64,000 nucleotides of DNA from Raillietiella orientalis (lineage: Eukaryota), in the NCBI GenBank assembly GCA_036172245.1, contig JAYWIR010000045.1, positions 1,364,001-1,428,000 on the forward strand, given 5' to 3'. The stretch's first letter is position 1. Each line of letters starts with the position of its first letter. Below are positions 36,501 through 48,083 of this stretch, one piece after another. The notes under the pieces were generated by a model that saw only the letters and a program-made list of their open reading frames with translations, had not been told where the DNA came from and did no database searches. The position numbers and the translations under genes were made by a program.

Positions 36501-39500
36501 ATCGCAGCTGCGGCCAGACCAACCCCATTTCCGCCACCTACAGCTGCTGGTGTGCCGAAGGACACCACAGCACTTCGGATGCCAATAAGTGCTAATGGGA
36601 GAAGTCCTATGGAAAAAGCTGCAGGCATACAACCAACAACTCCGACATGGTGTTCTGGAAGCCCAGGCGTGCTCTGCATTTTTGCCCGCTCCCTTTGCAC
36701 TCTCTCGCACAATGGCAACTCTTCCGTGAAATGTGCTCTTCGCGCTTCATTTTAGCCGCTGAGCAGCCCTACGCATAGCTCAGCAACCCATCCCTGTGTT
36801 GTTGTTGTTTTTTTTTGTTTTTTTGCGGGTGTTTGCAAGATTCCGGGAGTGCGACACCATGGGATGTTTTTTTTTTTTTGAAATTTGCACAAAGGAATTT
36901 GGGGTACTCGTCCATCTAGACTTGGAAGGAGCAGACGGGCATTTTTTTTTTTTGGCCTGCAGAGGCCGAGTGCAAGGCGAACTCATTAAGAGGCTCTGCT
37001 ATTTTCAATCCTCTGAGTGATCGTTCAGATGATGTATGGAACTCGATTGGATACGCATCTCGTTTACTAGCTCGGTGTGTTTCCCTGTGCTAAAGGGAAT
37101 GCGAGGAATTTTTCCCTCCACGTTTCTTTCTTTAGAGATGATCCCTCCAGGAAAAAAAGAAAAAAAAAAAGTTGTATCTACTCATCAACGAATCAGCACG
37201 TTCCTCCTGCCTCCTCTAATTCTGACATGTTTCTTGCATCTCTAGAATAGCTCGAAACTACCCTTCGAGACGATGAACGTCGTTCTCCGTGCTGGAGCGC
37301 GAGACGAAACGCGCTACTAGGTAACCGGATCGATCACGGTACGAAAGCCTACATTCCAGTGTTGTGTATCTCTGATCTCGAACTCTTACCCTCATTACGC
37401 ACTTGGTGCAATAAGACCTTGTAGTTCGCTGTGGGGTCTCACTTCATTAACACAGTCGATGCAGGCCGTGTTTCCAGCAAGCAGCGTTTCTGCCGGTGTG
37501 TTTTTGTAAACCGCGAAGCGTGGATACACCAGAAACACATCGGCAGATGCCCACTTCTTCTATGCTGGAACCATTGACAAAAGTTCACGAACATAACTGT
37601 GCACGCTTTTGCATACCAAAGAAAGGACAGGTCCTAGACATACGACTTCCGTGTGCGTGACCATCACCGATAGGTCTGTAATTCGAAGCAGCTCAAACAG
37701 ACTGTACTTTTAGATGAGTCGGTGAATCTGAGATGAGTAGAGTCGTTTAGAAGGGCAGCTGATTTATTCTTGCAAAGTGCATTTTGTGTGTGTGTCTCCC
37801 CTTCACGAAAAACGAGATCCCTGAAACTAATGCTTTCCCCTAGACTCTGGAGTAATCGATATACTTTGTGTCAGGGTATTTCACTGCCCGTCTTCAACAG
37901 TTACATTTTACTTGGAACCACTGAAACTTTTTTTTTTTCTCTCCCTCCTTTTCTTCTCGAAATCCCGTTCTTGGTGATACGAAGTGTTGTTCTTGCTGAA
38001 AACCCGAGGACGTCCTGCAACTTGCACTTCGTTAGTGGTTCAGTGTAGCACGAAGCTTATAACATTCAGCTGGAAGCCACGTCCAACAGCATTTTTTTTT
38101 TTTCTTTTTCTTTACACGAACGTGCTCAGAAGCAGTTGGAGAAAAGTGATCCTTCCGTTCTTCATGCCGGACGCAGAATCGTCTACCCAGGCTGCAACCA
38201 TGATTTCTTTGCGTCTGTGCCAACAAACTAGCAAGCCAGAAGTACCGATTCACCTTACCACGAATCGGGTCCAGCCGAAACCATCTAGAGAAGAAGTGCG
38301 AGTCGAAACGAAGCATTTGAAACAGCCAAACGAAGATATTTCTCGTAATTTTCATTTAAAAACGTTAAAAAATGGAAAAAAGAAGTGCCAAAGTACCGAC
38401 GTCAAACAGAAAAAAAATAATTGCTGTTAGTTGCTCAAGAATAAATTTAAGCAATTCAGATTCGCTTTACGTCTTTTCGTTTCAAAGAAAAGACGGCTGT
38501 ATTTCTGAGTGTAGAAAAATTCAATATGAAACACTGTAATGCAAACATTTTTCTATCCATGAACTTCGTATGGACAACAAACTTCGAAAACTCTTAGTTC
38601 TCTCAGTTGAGAGAATGCTAATGTTTCCACCATCACTTGCATCAGTTGAAGCATTTCTCTAGTTGAGCCTACTGTGCTCTGTCTACAGTCTGAAACATGG
38701 AGAATTCTTGAGATTTCTGGTATGAAAATCAGACGTCCAGCCAGACGTTTCCATAGCCACAACTTCACGTAATTGCAGTTGCAGTTACCTGAGCATTCGA
38801 TTCAATGTCAAACACAGACAGAAGAAAAAACGGTCAACGAAGAATGGTAAGTCTTTAGCATACGCGGACAGATTTAGTCAAAGAGTCTCTCTACAAACAG
38901 AGGAACCGATACTAAAAAAAAAAAAATGACAAAGTAGAAGATTGTAGCGGCTCGTTTCCTATGCAAAAAGGTCGTAATTGACGTTGAAAATGGAACTGAT
39001 GCTGATTTTCTTGCTTGTTCAAATGTGAAGATCTCAGCCCTGGAGGATTTCGAATTTGTTGTAAAGACAGTGGAAACAAACGGGCTAACTGTTCCAGCAA
39101 AGCAACACAGCACTTGAAAATGCCTTAGAAAACGCACACAGCAACACACAGATTTCTACAAAACTTAAAAGGGTCACAAATGATCAGAAGACCATTAACA
39201 AGAACACAGTTTTTGTCTAACGCTTCTCGATAGGCGAAACACAAAAATTGGACAGAACTCCCCTGCAAGTGGCCTTTGAATTCAAAGAGTTCACCTCCAA
39301 ACGCCTTGACTTACAGCGAGAAAAAAACGCCCATTTCAGGATATTTGATTAAAGACCTATTTCTTCCACAGCTGTCGTTCCAAAGCTTTCGTTCGTCCTC
39401 CCATGTCGCTTTTGGACTTCCACCAGGCAGATCGCCACTTTTCGTTTCTCAAGCCGTGTCGGTCAAAGTTTTTGCCTTCGAATACCGATGCGTGGCTCCT

Positions 39501-39599
39501 CCGTTTTTTGGACTTGTGGCGATAGCATTCTTCCTGTTTTGCGAGTGCGCTCCATCTCTTCATTTTTACTGTAAAAACAGAGAGAAATTGTATGTGAGC

Positions 39600-41300
39600 T
39601 GCCTGGAGATCCTTCCCTAAATATTCAAGAAGACATGGAAGAGTCTTAAGAAACACAGCGATAATGGATTCTGTGATACCAGCTCATCCCAGTCGAAATC
39701 AGAGAGTCCCCTGGAAGCTCTCTCCAAAACTGTCTTGCAAACTGACTCGAATCAGATCGCCAGTTCTGTCGATCACTGATAACTCACGAACTGTCTTAGA
39801 TGACCAGAAGAAACAACTTCTGAATAATCTGTTCCAAGATGTCTTCAATGTGTTGTCGATCTTTTCTAAAATCGTGCTACCAGGGCAGCAGCATGGCGCC
39901 ACGGAAAATTTTGGCAGAAGATGTATCCGACACAGCGTTCCTCTTCCTGAACCACGAACAGCCTCGACTCGTTTAAGAGTGATGATCATCGCGACAGATG
40001 AAGGGAACAAATCAAAAGCACGGATAAATGTTTTTTTTAAAAAAAAAACACGGAACACTAAATTGTACCTTTGATTAATTCTTCCATCCTTATCCAACTG
40101 GGAAAAAAGTTCAAGAACCTTCTGGAACCTGCTAGGAGCCGAGAAACAAGAGGGTTATGTTATTTCAGTGATGATCAGATACGACATAAACACAAATACC
40201 AGTAAACGTCATATTTCTGGATCCCCAATTCTTCTGTAATTCGTCCAGACTCCAGAAATAATGAGCAGGTACTTTCTTCCCTCTACACATTTTGTTCTAT
40301 ATATCGAGATTCGTTTGCGCAGATCTTTAGCTTGAGCAGTAGTCACAGAGTGTCACCCATAAATTGTAGAAATGGTGCAGTCAGACTACGGGTCGCATGT
40401 TTTCATAAAAGGATATCAAGTGTGGAATACACTTAAATGCATTTATACCGTACAATGCATCCTTATCAGAAGCTGAATTGAAAGCAGAGGTTCGATTTAT
40501 GTAGAAATTGAATACTTTAAAAATTCCTCTGCATCTTTAAGGATGGCGACTTCACGAAAGTCACTTATCCGCAAATCAAGCCATCTTTGACGATTTCTTT
40601 GATGTGCTTCGTTTCATTTTAACTTGCTGATGGGTTCGTTCCTTCGCTACAAGATCTATATCTGTAGTCATCTTTCCAGTGTCCCCAGAAAAATGAAGAC
40701 GAAAATAATTTCCATTTCATTTCTTTCAGAAAAACACTCGAAAACTAGACGTCTCTCCATTATGGAGTATTAACAAGATTATACATGAATGGGTTATAAG
40801 TTCTCTTGCGTATCTTCACAGTGACCCGGCCAGAGTGTCCTGATTCAAAGATAACTTGAAAAATATGATCCTCTGCTTTATATCTTCCTTTTTCGTTGAG
40901 GTCACATTATATGATCTGTGCTTAAGCAAGGCTGCTTCGAAGAAAGTATTTCGCCTCAAGAATCTTGCGTAGATGAATTCTTATTGGAGTCTGTGGCTGT
41001 CGAAATAATAATAATAATAATCATAATCATAACACGTGTCTACAAGTAATTGGAGGGATGTGAATAGAAACGATGCTCAAGCATCACAGGAAAGTGCCAT
41101 CGGCACTCCAACTATGGGTACTCCACCACTGTGCAGGATACTATCACCTTTTTCTCAGAGGATTGAAGCTCTTTGGAGAAGCTTCCAAACTTTTTGACTT
41201 TGGAGATGGCCTTTGTGACTATGGTCCTATCTTTGAGAGTACCGGACGGGAAGTGTAAGCCTCTGTAAGCCTGTGTTTATCGCAGCTGGTTGCCACTATT
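39600..41300 (+). mobile_element. Degenerate CR1-like LINE remnant
   Basis: ITDNSRTVLDDQKKQLLNNLFQDVF resembles the CR1 linker dd.eKA..LN.fF.svF. Weak RHIS (RPIS-like, ~40210) and GPIFE (RPILE-like, ~41225) segments lie downstream. Confidence 0.45.
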
Positions 41301-44061
41301 TAAAGAACGAAAGAATTTGGGGTGGGGGGAGATGGCAGACACATTTATACTATCGGTTCTGATGCTGGATGAAAAGAAGAAAATCGAATCAACCAAAGTC
41401 GAAAATGTGACTTCAGTGTCTTAGAAGCTGAGACTTCCAGCAAACTTTTTGTTCAGAAAACGCTGTGTGTAGAGATCGTATGAAGTTCGATCAGAATTGG
41501 AATTCCAGTGGCAGTGTTTGCATTCGCCCATTTATGAAACCTCACGTTGGTTGTGGAAAGGGATAAATTCACTGCACTTTCAGGAACTTTCTAGGTCAGT
41601 CCATGAAGCACGTTTTCAAAAAATGATCGACTAGGATAAGCAGAACGTTCGAATGGATGAGAAGAGGCAGCTAGAGGCAGTACCAAATGGCCATGAGGAA
41701 TAGTTGGCATGTAAAGGAAACGAAGACGCCTACGTATTTTCGCAAACAACTTACATGGAAGTTGTGCAGATGCAACGAAATCCAAGAGAAAGAGACAAAC
41801 CACTGGAAACTCCTCCGCCGTTCCGTCGCTTCACTACGCAGGCGCCTCAGCCGAAGCGTCACGGTTGTTCCCTTCGCAGCAGTTTTCCATGAAGTTCGTT
41901 CCGAAATTCCTTGGTTCCCTTATTTCTGTTCAAATCCGACCCCACTTGGTTCTTCGAAAACTTGTGGTTGGACGAACTTTTGGATATCACACTTGGAAGC
42001 GAGCGTGTGCAGGCCAAAAGACTGATGTTAAGATACCAGTCATCAGCTTAAGCAAATAGTCCTTGAATGCTTTTGGAAAAACGATTCGGGATAATTTGTT
42101 AGCAAAGATGTTCAAATCTGGAATAATGCAGACGAAAAGGATCCAAATTACAAAAAACTCTTAATAGAATGTGAGAATCGTAAAAAAGGGATACTGATGT
42201 CAAAGAAAATAATCTCTCGACTGCGAAAATCACCTGTTCCATGAATTTTAAAAGCACGTATCGACAAAAAAAAAAAAAAAAGGAAAAATGCAACTTGCTA
42301 AACAGATTTGCTGAAGAAATGCCTGTAATGTGCCGTACTAAACACCAGTCAAGCAGATAGGGGATTTGACGTGAGACAAGCACATGCATGTTAGATCACA
42401 CCTTTAATTCGGGTCATATGCTAGGATCACTCAGTCATATGTTGTGTGTGTATGCTCAAGTTTAGGTCATTAAACATTTTTTTCCCCACTTAGACAGCCG
42501 AGTTAAAGGGTTCCTCCTTCGCACATGGACTTGTGCCCACTTCTCGTATTTATCGTATTTACACAATTGTAAAATTACCTAAGGAAGAATATCGCTTAAT
42601 GGTAAAACAAACTGAGGGATCTGGGTCAGACATTAGACAAATCAGCAATGTATTTAGTGAAATCATTACACATAATCAGTTAATTAAAATGACATAATCG
42701 TGTCTACTAAGTTGTGGGAAACACTTTAGCATAGCTGGTGATAGAGATAGTCCCACAATAGGCATCCTACTGTTTGCAGATTACTCAACTCATACATTCA
42801 CAATCCATCAAAACGTCAAGTTCCAAGGAGAGTCAAGAGTTGATGTGCATTTATTTCCAAGTTATGCAAATTGCTCATCATTCCATATTTGTGATGATTT
42901 ATCAGAAGAAAACGCTTGCGCGTGTGATTATGGATCTTCGTATTTCACCTGTGGTACGGAAGAATCGTAGCACGAATTCCATTTATCAAAAAAGTCAGTG
43001 CCTTTTTGTGGGACCCATCAGGTAGCACTGGATGAAGGGTTCCCTAGATGTTATTAGTTTCAGCTTTTTTTCCAAAATACCCCGGAAATGAAACGGGAAA
43101 GTTCGTTCTTTATTGATTCAATCTTTTCTGCCCGTATCACCGAACTGAGACTTGGTCCTATCCTCAAGCACTCACATCCAGGTGACTTCGAAAACAAACA
43201 TCCAGTTGGACGGAGTAAGATTCTTCTTGGAAAACCACCGCAGGCCGATGAAGCTGATGTTTCCCTGAAAACGCAGGCCCCTTCCGTTATGTTCCCTGTA
43301 CCAAAAATGTTTCCTTTGAAATCCAAAGCACAGGAAAAAAATCGCCACAAATAAGTGTCTTTATTATACGTCACACGTTCTTTGAATCCCCCATGTTTTT
43401 GTGATGGATATTCCATTGAGGAATAAGCACGATAGACCACAGCGCAGCGTTTAGCATGAGATGTCACTCCGAGAGACGAATCAAAGCACAAGACATTGAT
43501 GCTCATTCAACTCATGGAATCAAGAAAGCATACTTTCAATTTCCATTTTGAAAAGGACAACTCATTTATTATTTCGTCAAAATCATTCTTTTTAGCCACA
43601 CGAAGAATTAAACGTCCCTACTGTTTTCATAAAGACACTTCTACTGGCATTTCTTAAAGTAAATCATGATTTCAGATGAATTTATTCCCGACTGCATCTC
43701 GCAAACCTCAATTTTTCATGCATTTTTTAGAAACGGTAGAAATTTTTCAGGATACTTTTGCATGTGCCCAAAGTCGCCTCCTCTGAGGTTTGCACTTGTG
43801 ACAATTGTTTGTCTGATCACGTCCTCCATCTGACTTTGATGGTAAATTTTAACCGAGAAAACAGAAAGCTCTTTTTATTCAAAGTTCATATGCAAATAAA
43901 AATGGAAAATTCCATTTTCGCAATTTTCTAATCTAATGGGAGAAGATAATCCTGCAATTACAGTACAAGGCAATAGAACTATCTAAGCTGCTGAAAACGA
44001 TCAAAAAAAAAAAAAAAACATGAAATTTCTTTACACTTTCTTGACCTGATAACTTCCGTAT

Positions 44062-44111
44062 AAATTACTTCTACAGTTGACTTCTATTAGAAACAACTGT
44101 AGAAGTAATTT
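44062..44111. repeat. Perfect 18-bp inverted repeat (hairpin)
   Basis: aaattacttctacagttg (44062-44079) pairs with caactgtagaagtaattt (44094-44111) across a 14-nt spacer. Confidence 0.95.
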
Positions 44112-44544
44112 GTAGAGGTAAAGATCATTTTTTTTATATTATATATTTCCGACTTCTATTAGAAATAGAAATATATATTATAATTCGTGATATTTCTACT
44201 AATGTATGACTCTATCAATGCTAAATTTGTCTCGGTAGAATACACAGGCAGTGTTAACATGCTATGAGTAGTTTAAAAAACTAAAGTATTCAATTTTTTC
44301 CTTTGTATCGGTTTTAAATATCGAGTTTCCCATGCATATTTTTTATTCGTATACATACATGTGTTGCATTTTTTATACATTACTAATGTAATGGCTCCAT
44401 TCACGTTGCGTACACATCTGGATAATAATTGAACTAAATAATTTATTCAAGTTTGAAAACAGTTTCGTATTTTGTTTATTCTTTAGCTTCATTACTCTTA
44501 TGTTTGTTCTGTGAGTGTGTGTGTGCTCCCGGCGTATCTGCCAT

Positions 44545-44590
44545 TCATTTTCAGTTTTCGCACCAGCATTGCTCTTGAGATAAGCAAGTG
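44545..44590 (+). promoter_or_regulatory. Candidate initiator and non-coding first exon of the zinc-finger gene
   Basis: TCAGTT (arthropod Inr consensus) at 44551, near the start of the AT-rich block. A possible donor gcaagt lies at 44584, and the CDS has an acceptor 8 nt before its ATG, which requires an upstream exon. Confidence 0.25.
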
Positions 44591-47500
44591 GATGAAGAAA
44601 ATAGAAGTGGAGGATTAATGAACATTCATTATATTCGCTTTATAGAATGACAACAAGAGTAGCTTCATACGAGTTTGGAAGACTTCGGAGCTTCGTCTGT
44701 AGCAGGAAATTTATTTCAGAAGAATATAAAACAATATTCTTATTTATTCTAAACACAACTTCATCACTTGAAAAGATTCGATTCTATAGATATTCTTCTA
44801 AAATCACAAAATTTTTAAGAGGAGTTGTATTTCAAAGCGGACACAAATCTAAGAGAGAGAGTGGACAGACCACAACATTGCCTTTTTGCTTGCTAAAAGG
44901 ATGCAGATGCTATGATGTAGAGAAAATGGTTCACAGATGATCTCCCTCTTCTCAAAACATCGAGAACTATACTTGACGTTTCCTGAGTAGCTTACACTTT
45001 TCGTTTGATATGTAATGGAACGAAAATTAAAGGAAAATTTAAATCAGAACAGATAATGAAGTACTTTTAAAAAAGCCTTCAGTAGAAATTTAATTTTAAT
45101 GGGAACAATTTATTGGAGGAATTCTTGTTAATAGAATTTTTAAAAATTGAAACTGTGTAATCAGTCTAGTAATGAAAAGAATTCATAAGGAAGTGTTTTC
45201 GTAAGCGTTTTTTTTTTATTTCATAAATATCAGATGTATTGTATGTTTTCACATTAATAGGACTGCTTTCAAGAGAACTTGACAAACTTTCAAAATGGCA
45301 TACATCATTAAGGGTTTAGTGTCATGAAACCTCATTTTGAGAAATCTGAACATTTAGTGAACGATGTATACCATCGGATTGCTTATGCGATTACTTATGC
45401 GTCATAAAATTCGAAACCTATATAAAGAAAACTGAGAGATATTGGAAAAAAACTGGAAAAGCATTGAAAAAAAATATCATAAAGTATATTTATGATAACA
45501 AAAATTGCACAAATATAAAGAGAGAAGAATTTTATAAATATGAAGAAAAATAATTAATGTTCTCTGCATCAGTCTTTATTCAGATACACAAACTATAAAA
45601 TTAAAATCAAAAAAGGGAAAATGGGACAAAATTTAGTAAGTATTCAATTAATGCGATTATTTAATTATATTATCTGAAGATGTTTTTTATGATTGCAAAT
45701 AAAATTCAAGTTTAATAGAAAAATACAATTTCTGATCTGGAACTTTCAAATTATGATTATAAATTTATGAGTAGAATCAATGAACTTGAATGTAAGTAGG
45801 GATGGTATACTTTTCTCATCAATATTTTCTAGTCAAATTAATTTGAGAAATCGACAAGATTTTGACAGAATGCTTTTGGTACTCCGTACGCTTCTTGGTG
45901 ATGGAAATGACAGTATATCATAATAAGTGTTAACAAAGAGTGTTTATGATCTCAATGTGATAATTTGCAAAACAAAGTGTGAACACGAATTTTGATAGAC
46001 AAATTATTGAATTACTTCAGTATATGATTGTAACAACATCTAACTTCCATTGGCAGCTGTGTTATGTGTAGAAGAAATTGCGTTGTACTTGTATTCATTA
46101 TTTTGCACTTTGCATACCTAAGGAAAGCATTTATAGTTTGTTGAGCATAAATGTTTCCTGTTTCTGACCCAGAACAGTAATTTTTTGTATGGATACATCT
46201 AGAAAAACTTGGATTATCATAAACCAGAGGAATATCAGAGTTCAAGAACTTGATGTTAGCATGTTGCAGGGAATTTCAATTTCTTCAGTTATGTAAGACT
46301 TTCTTATTGTATGAACTGCTTTCATTTATGAATGGAGGAGTGTAAACAGTCATAAAGTAATTAATATTCATGGTTTTTAAGTTCTGCTAGATATTATTGG
46401 ATATTTCATATCATGCGATTAACCAAGCATTGCATATTCACCAAAGTGGATTTACAACTTTCAGGAGTGCATCTTCTATGATTATGATTACTACTGCTGA
46501 AGATGCATTTTTAGTTTTCCTGATGTCACGCATCTTATCATGACTTTGGAAGATGTGTGTGTGTGTGTTTTTTTTGTTTTTTTTTGTTTTTTTAAAAAAT
46601 GGATTTCAGCTTGCATACTTTATAGTATAGCCTTATCTAGACATGTACTATACAATGAAAGACTAGCACATTAAGCATATCATTATTGGTTGCATACTTA
46701 AACGAGAATTGTTTCCCAGCAAGATTCACTTGCAAATTTACATTTAGGTCAAAAAGTTACCCGGTAATAATGAAAATTAAGAATTGATTTTCATGAATAA
46801 ATATTTTAAACCTGTTTTGATTATTCGTTTTGTAATTGCGAACTTTTGAATTTTGATTGGCTTTAATGTATTGAATAACAAGAGATATTCTGTTGAAATT
46901 TTGTAACTGTTGCTACCTTCCCTGTTGCCGATGATTGGCCATGTTGGGTGCTTGTTTAGTTTTGAACCGTTAATGATGTTTTTTAGAGAAAATGTTTCTG
47001 TTTATTTTCTTTCGCAGTTTATTTCCATAGTTCTTTCACCAAAACCTTATTTTTCTTTTCAAAGTGAATTAATGAAAGTTCATGTTTGCCACACTGTTTG
47101 AATATGTTTTGATGATGATGTGTTGTGATCTTTGTCAGTTGTACAGTTATTTTGAAGTATTGTATGCTGTGTGATTTGAAAACACTCATGGCAGTTTCAC
47201 ATGAATCCCATTATCATGATGATCTGTTGCTTGTGATTATTAATTATGTAGTTATGGTTATTTTGTTATGCCTGTAGGTAAAGTGACTGCTTGTCATTTA
47301 TTTCGAATTAGAATTTCACACCTATATTAGTAACTTGAAGTATTCAAAGTACATTACTGTGTTTCACCCTTGTAATAGCGTTTTTCACTAACCAATACTC
47401 TGCAAGCAGGCCTCTCTAATTGGATGTCCTTGTTACATTAGTTATCCTGTTTCTTCCAAGAATTCTTTTTTGTTCTGTTAACATTATGTGAAATGCATCC

Positions 47501-48083
47501 AGTTTTGCCGAGAACATTGTGCAGTGATTAGTCAGTAAATATATGTTTTGGCTTTTTTGTTATGTTGTTTTTACACAAAGTGAATATTGTTTATCGTTTG
47601 CAGCGCGGAAGTTTTTCTTTTGTTGTTGTTTTTACTTCCATTTCGACTAAGTAAATTAGTTTGAGATGAGATAGTTTACAATACTTTAACATTGGTGCAT
47701 CTGACAAATACATTAGTAAATAGTGTTCCCAGAAATGTTCAGTGAATAATTCTTTTAAGTGATGATTTTTGAAGTAATGTTAGTGTTACTTGAAACCGTA
47801 AATAAGTTTGACTCCTAGATTAATGGCTTATTCATTTTTTATGTGCTAATAGGAAATTTCTTATGTCCTAATGACTACTTGTTTATTTGGTTCAACTATA
47901 CTGCATCTTAATTTTCCATTAGGAGTAGAAAACTTGCTCAGTCTTCAAAGAGGATGTAAATTTAGCGTAATGTTTCAATTAAGTGATTTAATTTTCTTGA
48001 TAATTGTGTTAAGATGTCCATGCATTAGTCAATTATGTTTTGTGATTTCAGAGTGAATTTATCATTCTGTTGCAGCGCCACAA

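Noticed and set aside
44062..44177. CRISPR-like repeat array or heat-shock element
   Set aside because: Only two copies of a 15-mer, no cas genes, and a eukaryotic context; the TTC-to-GAA spacing does not fit nGAAn arrays.
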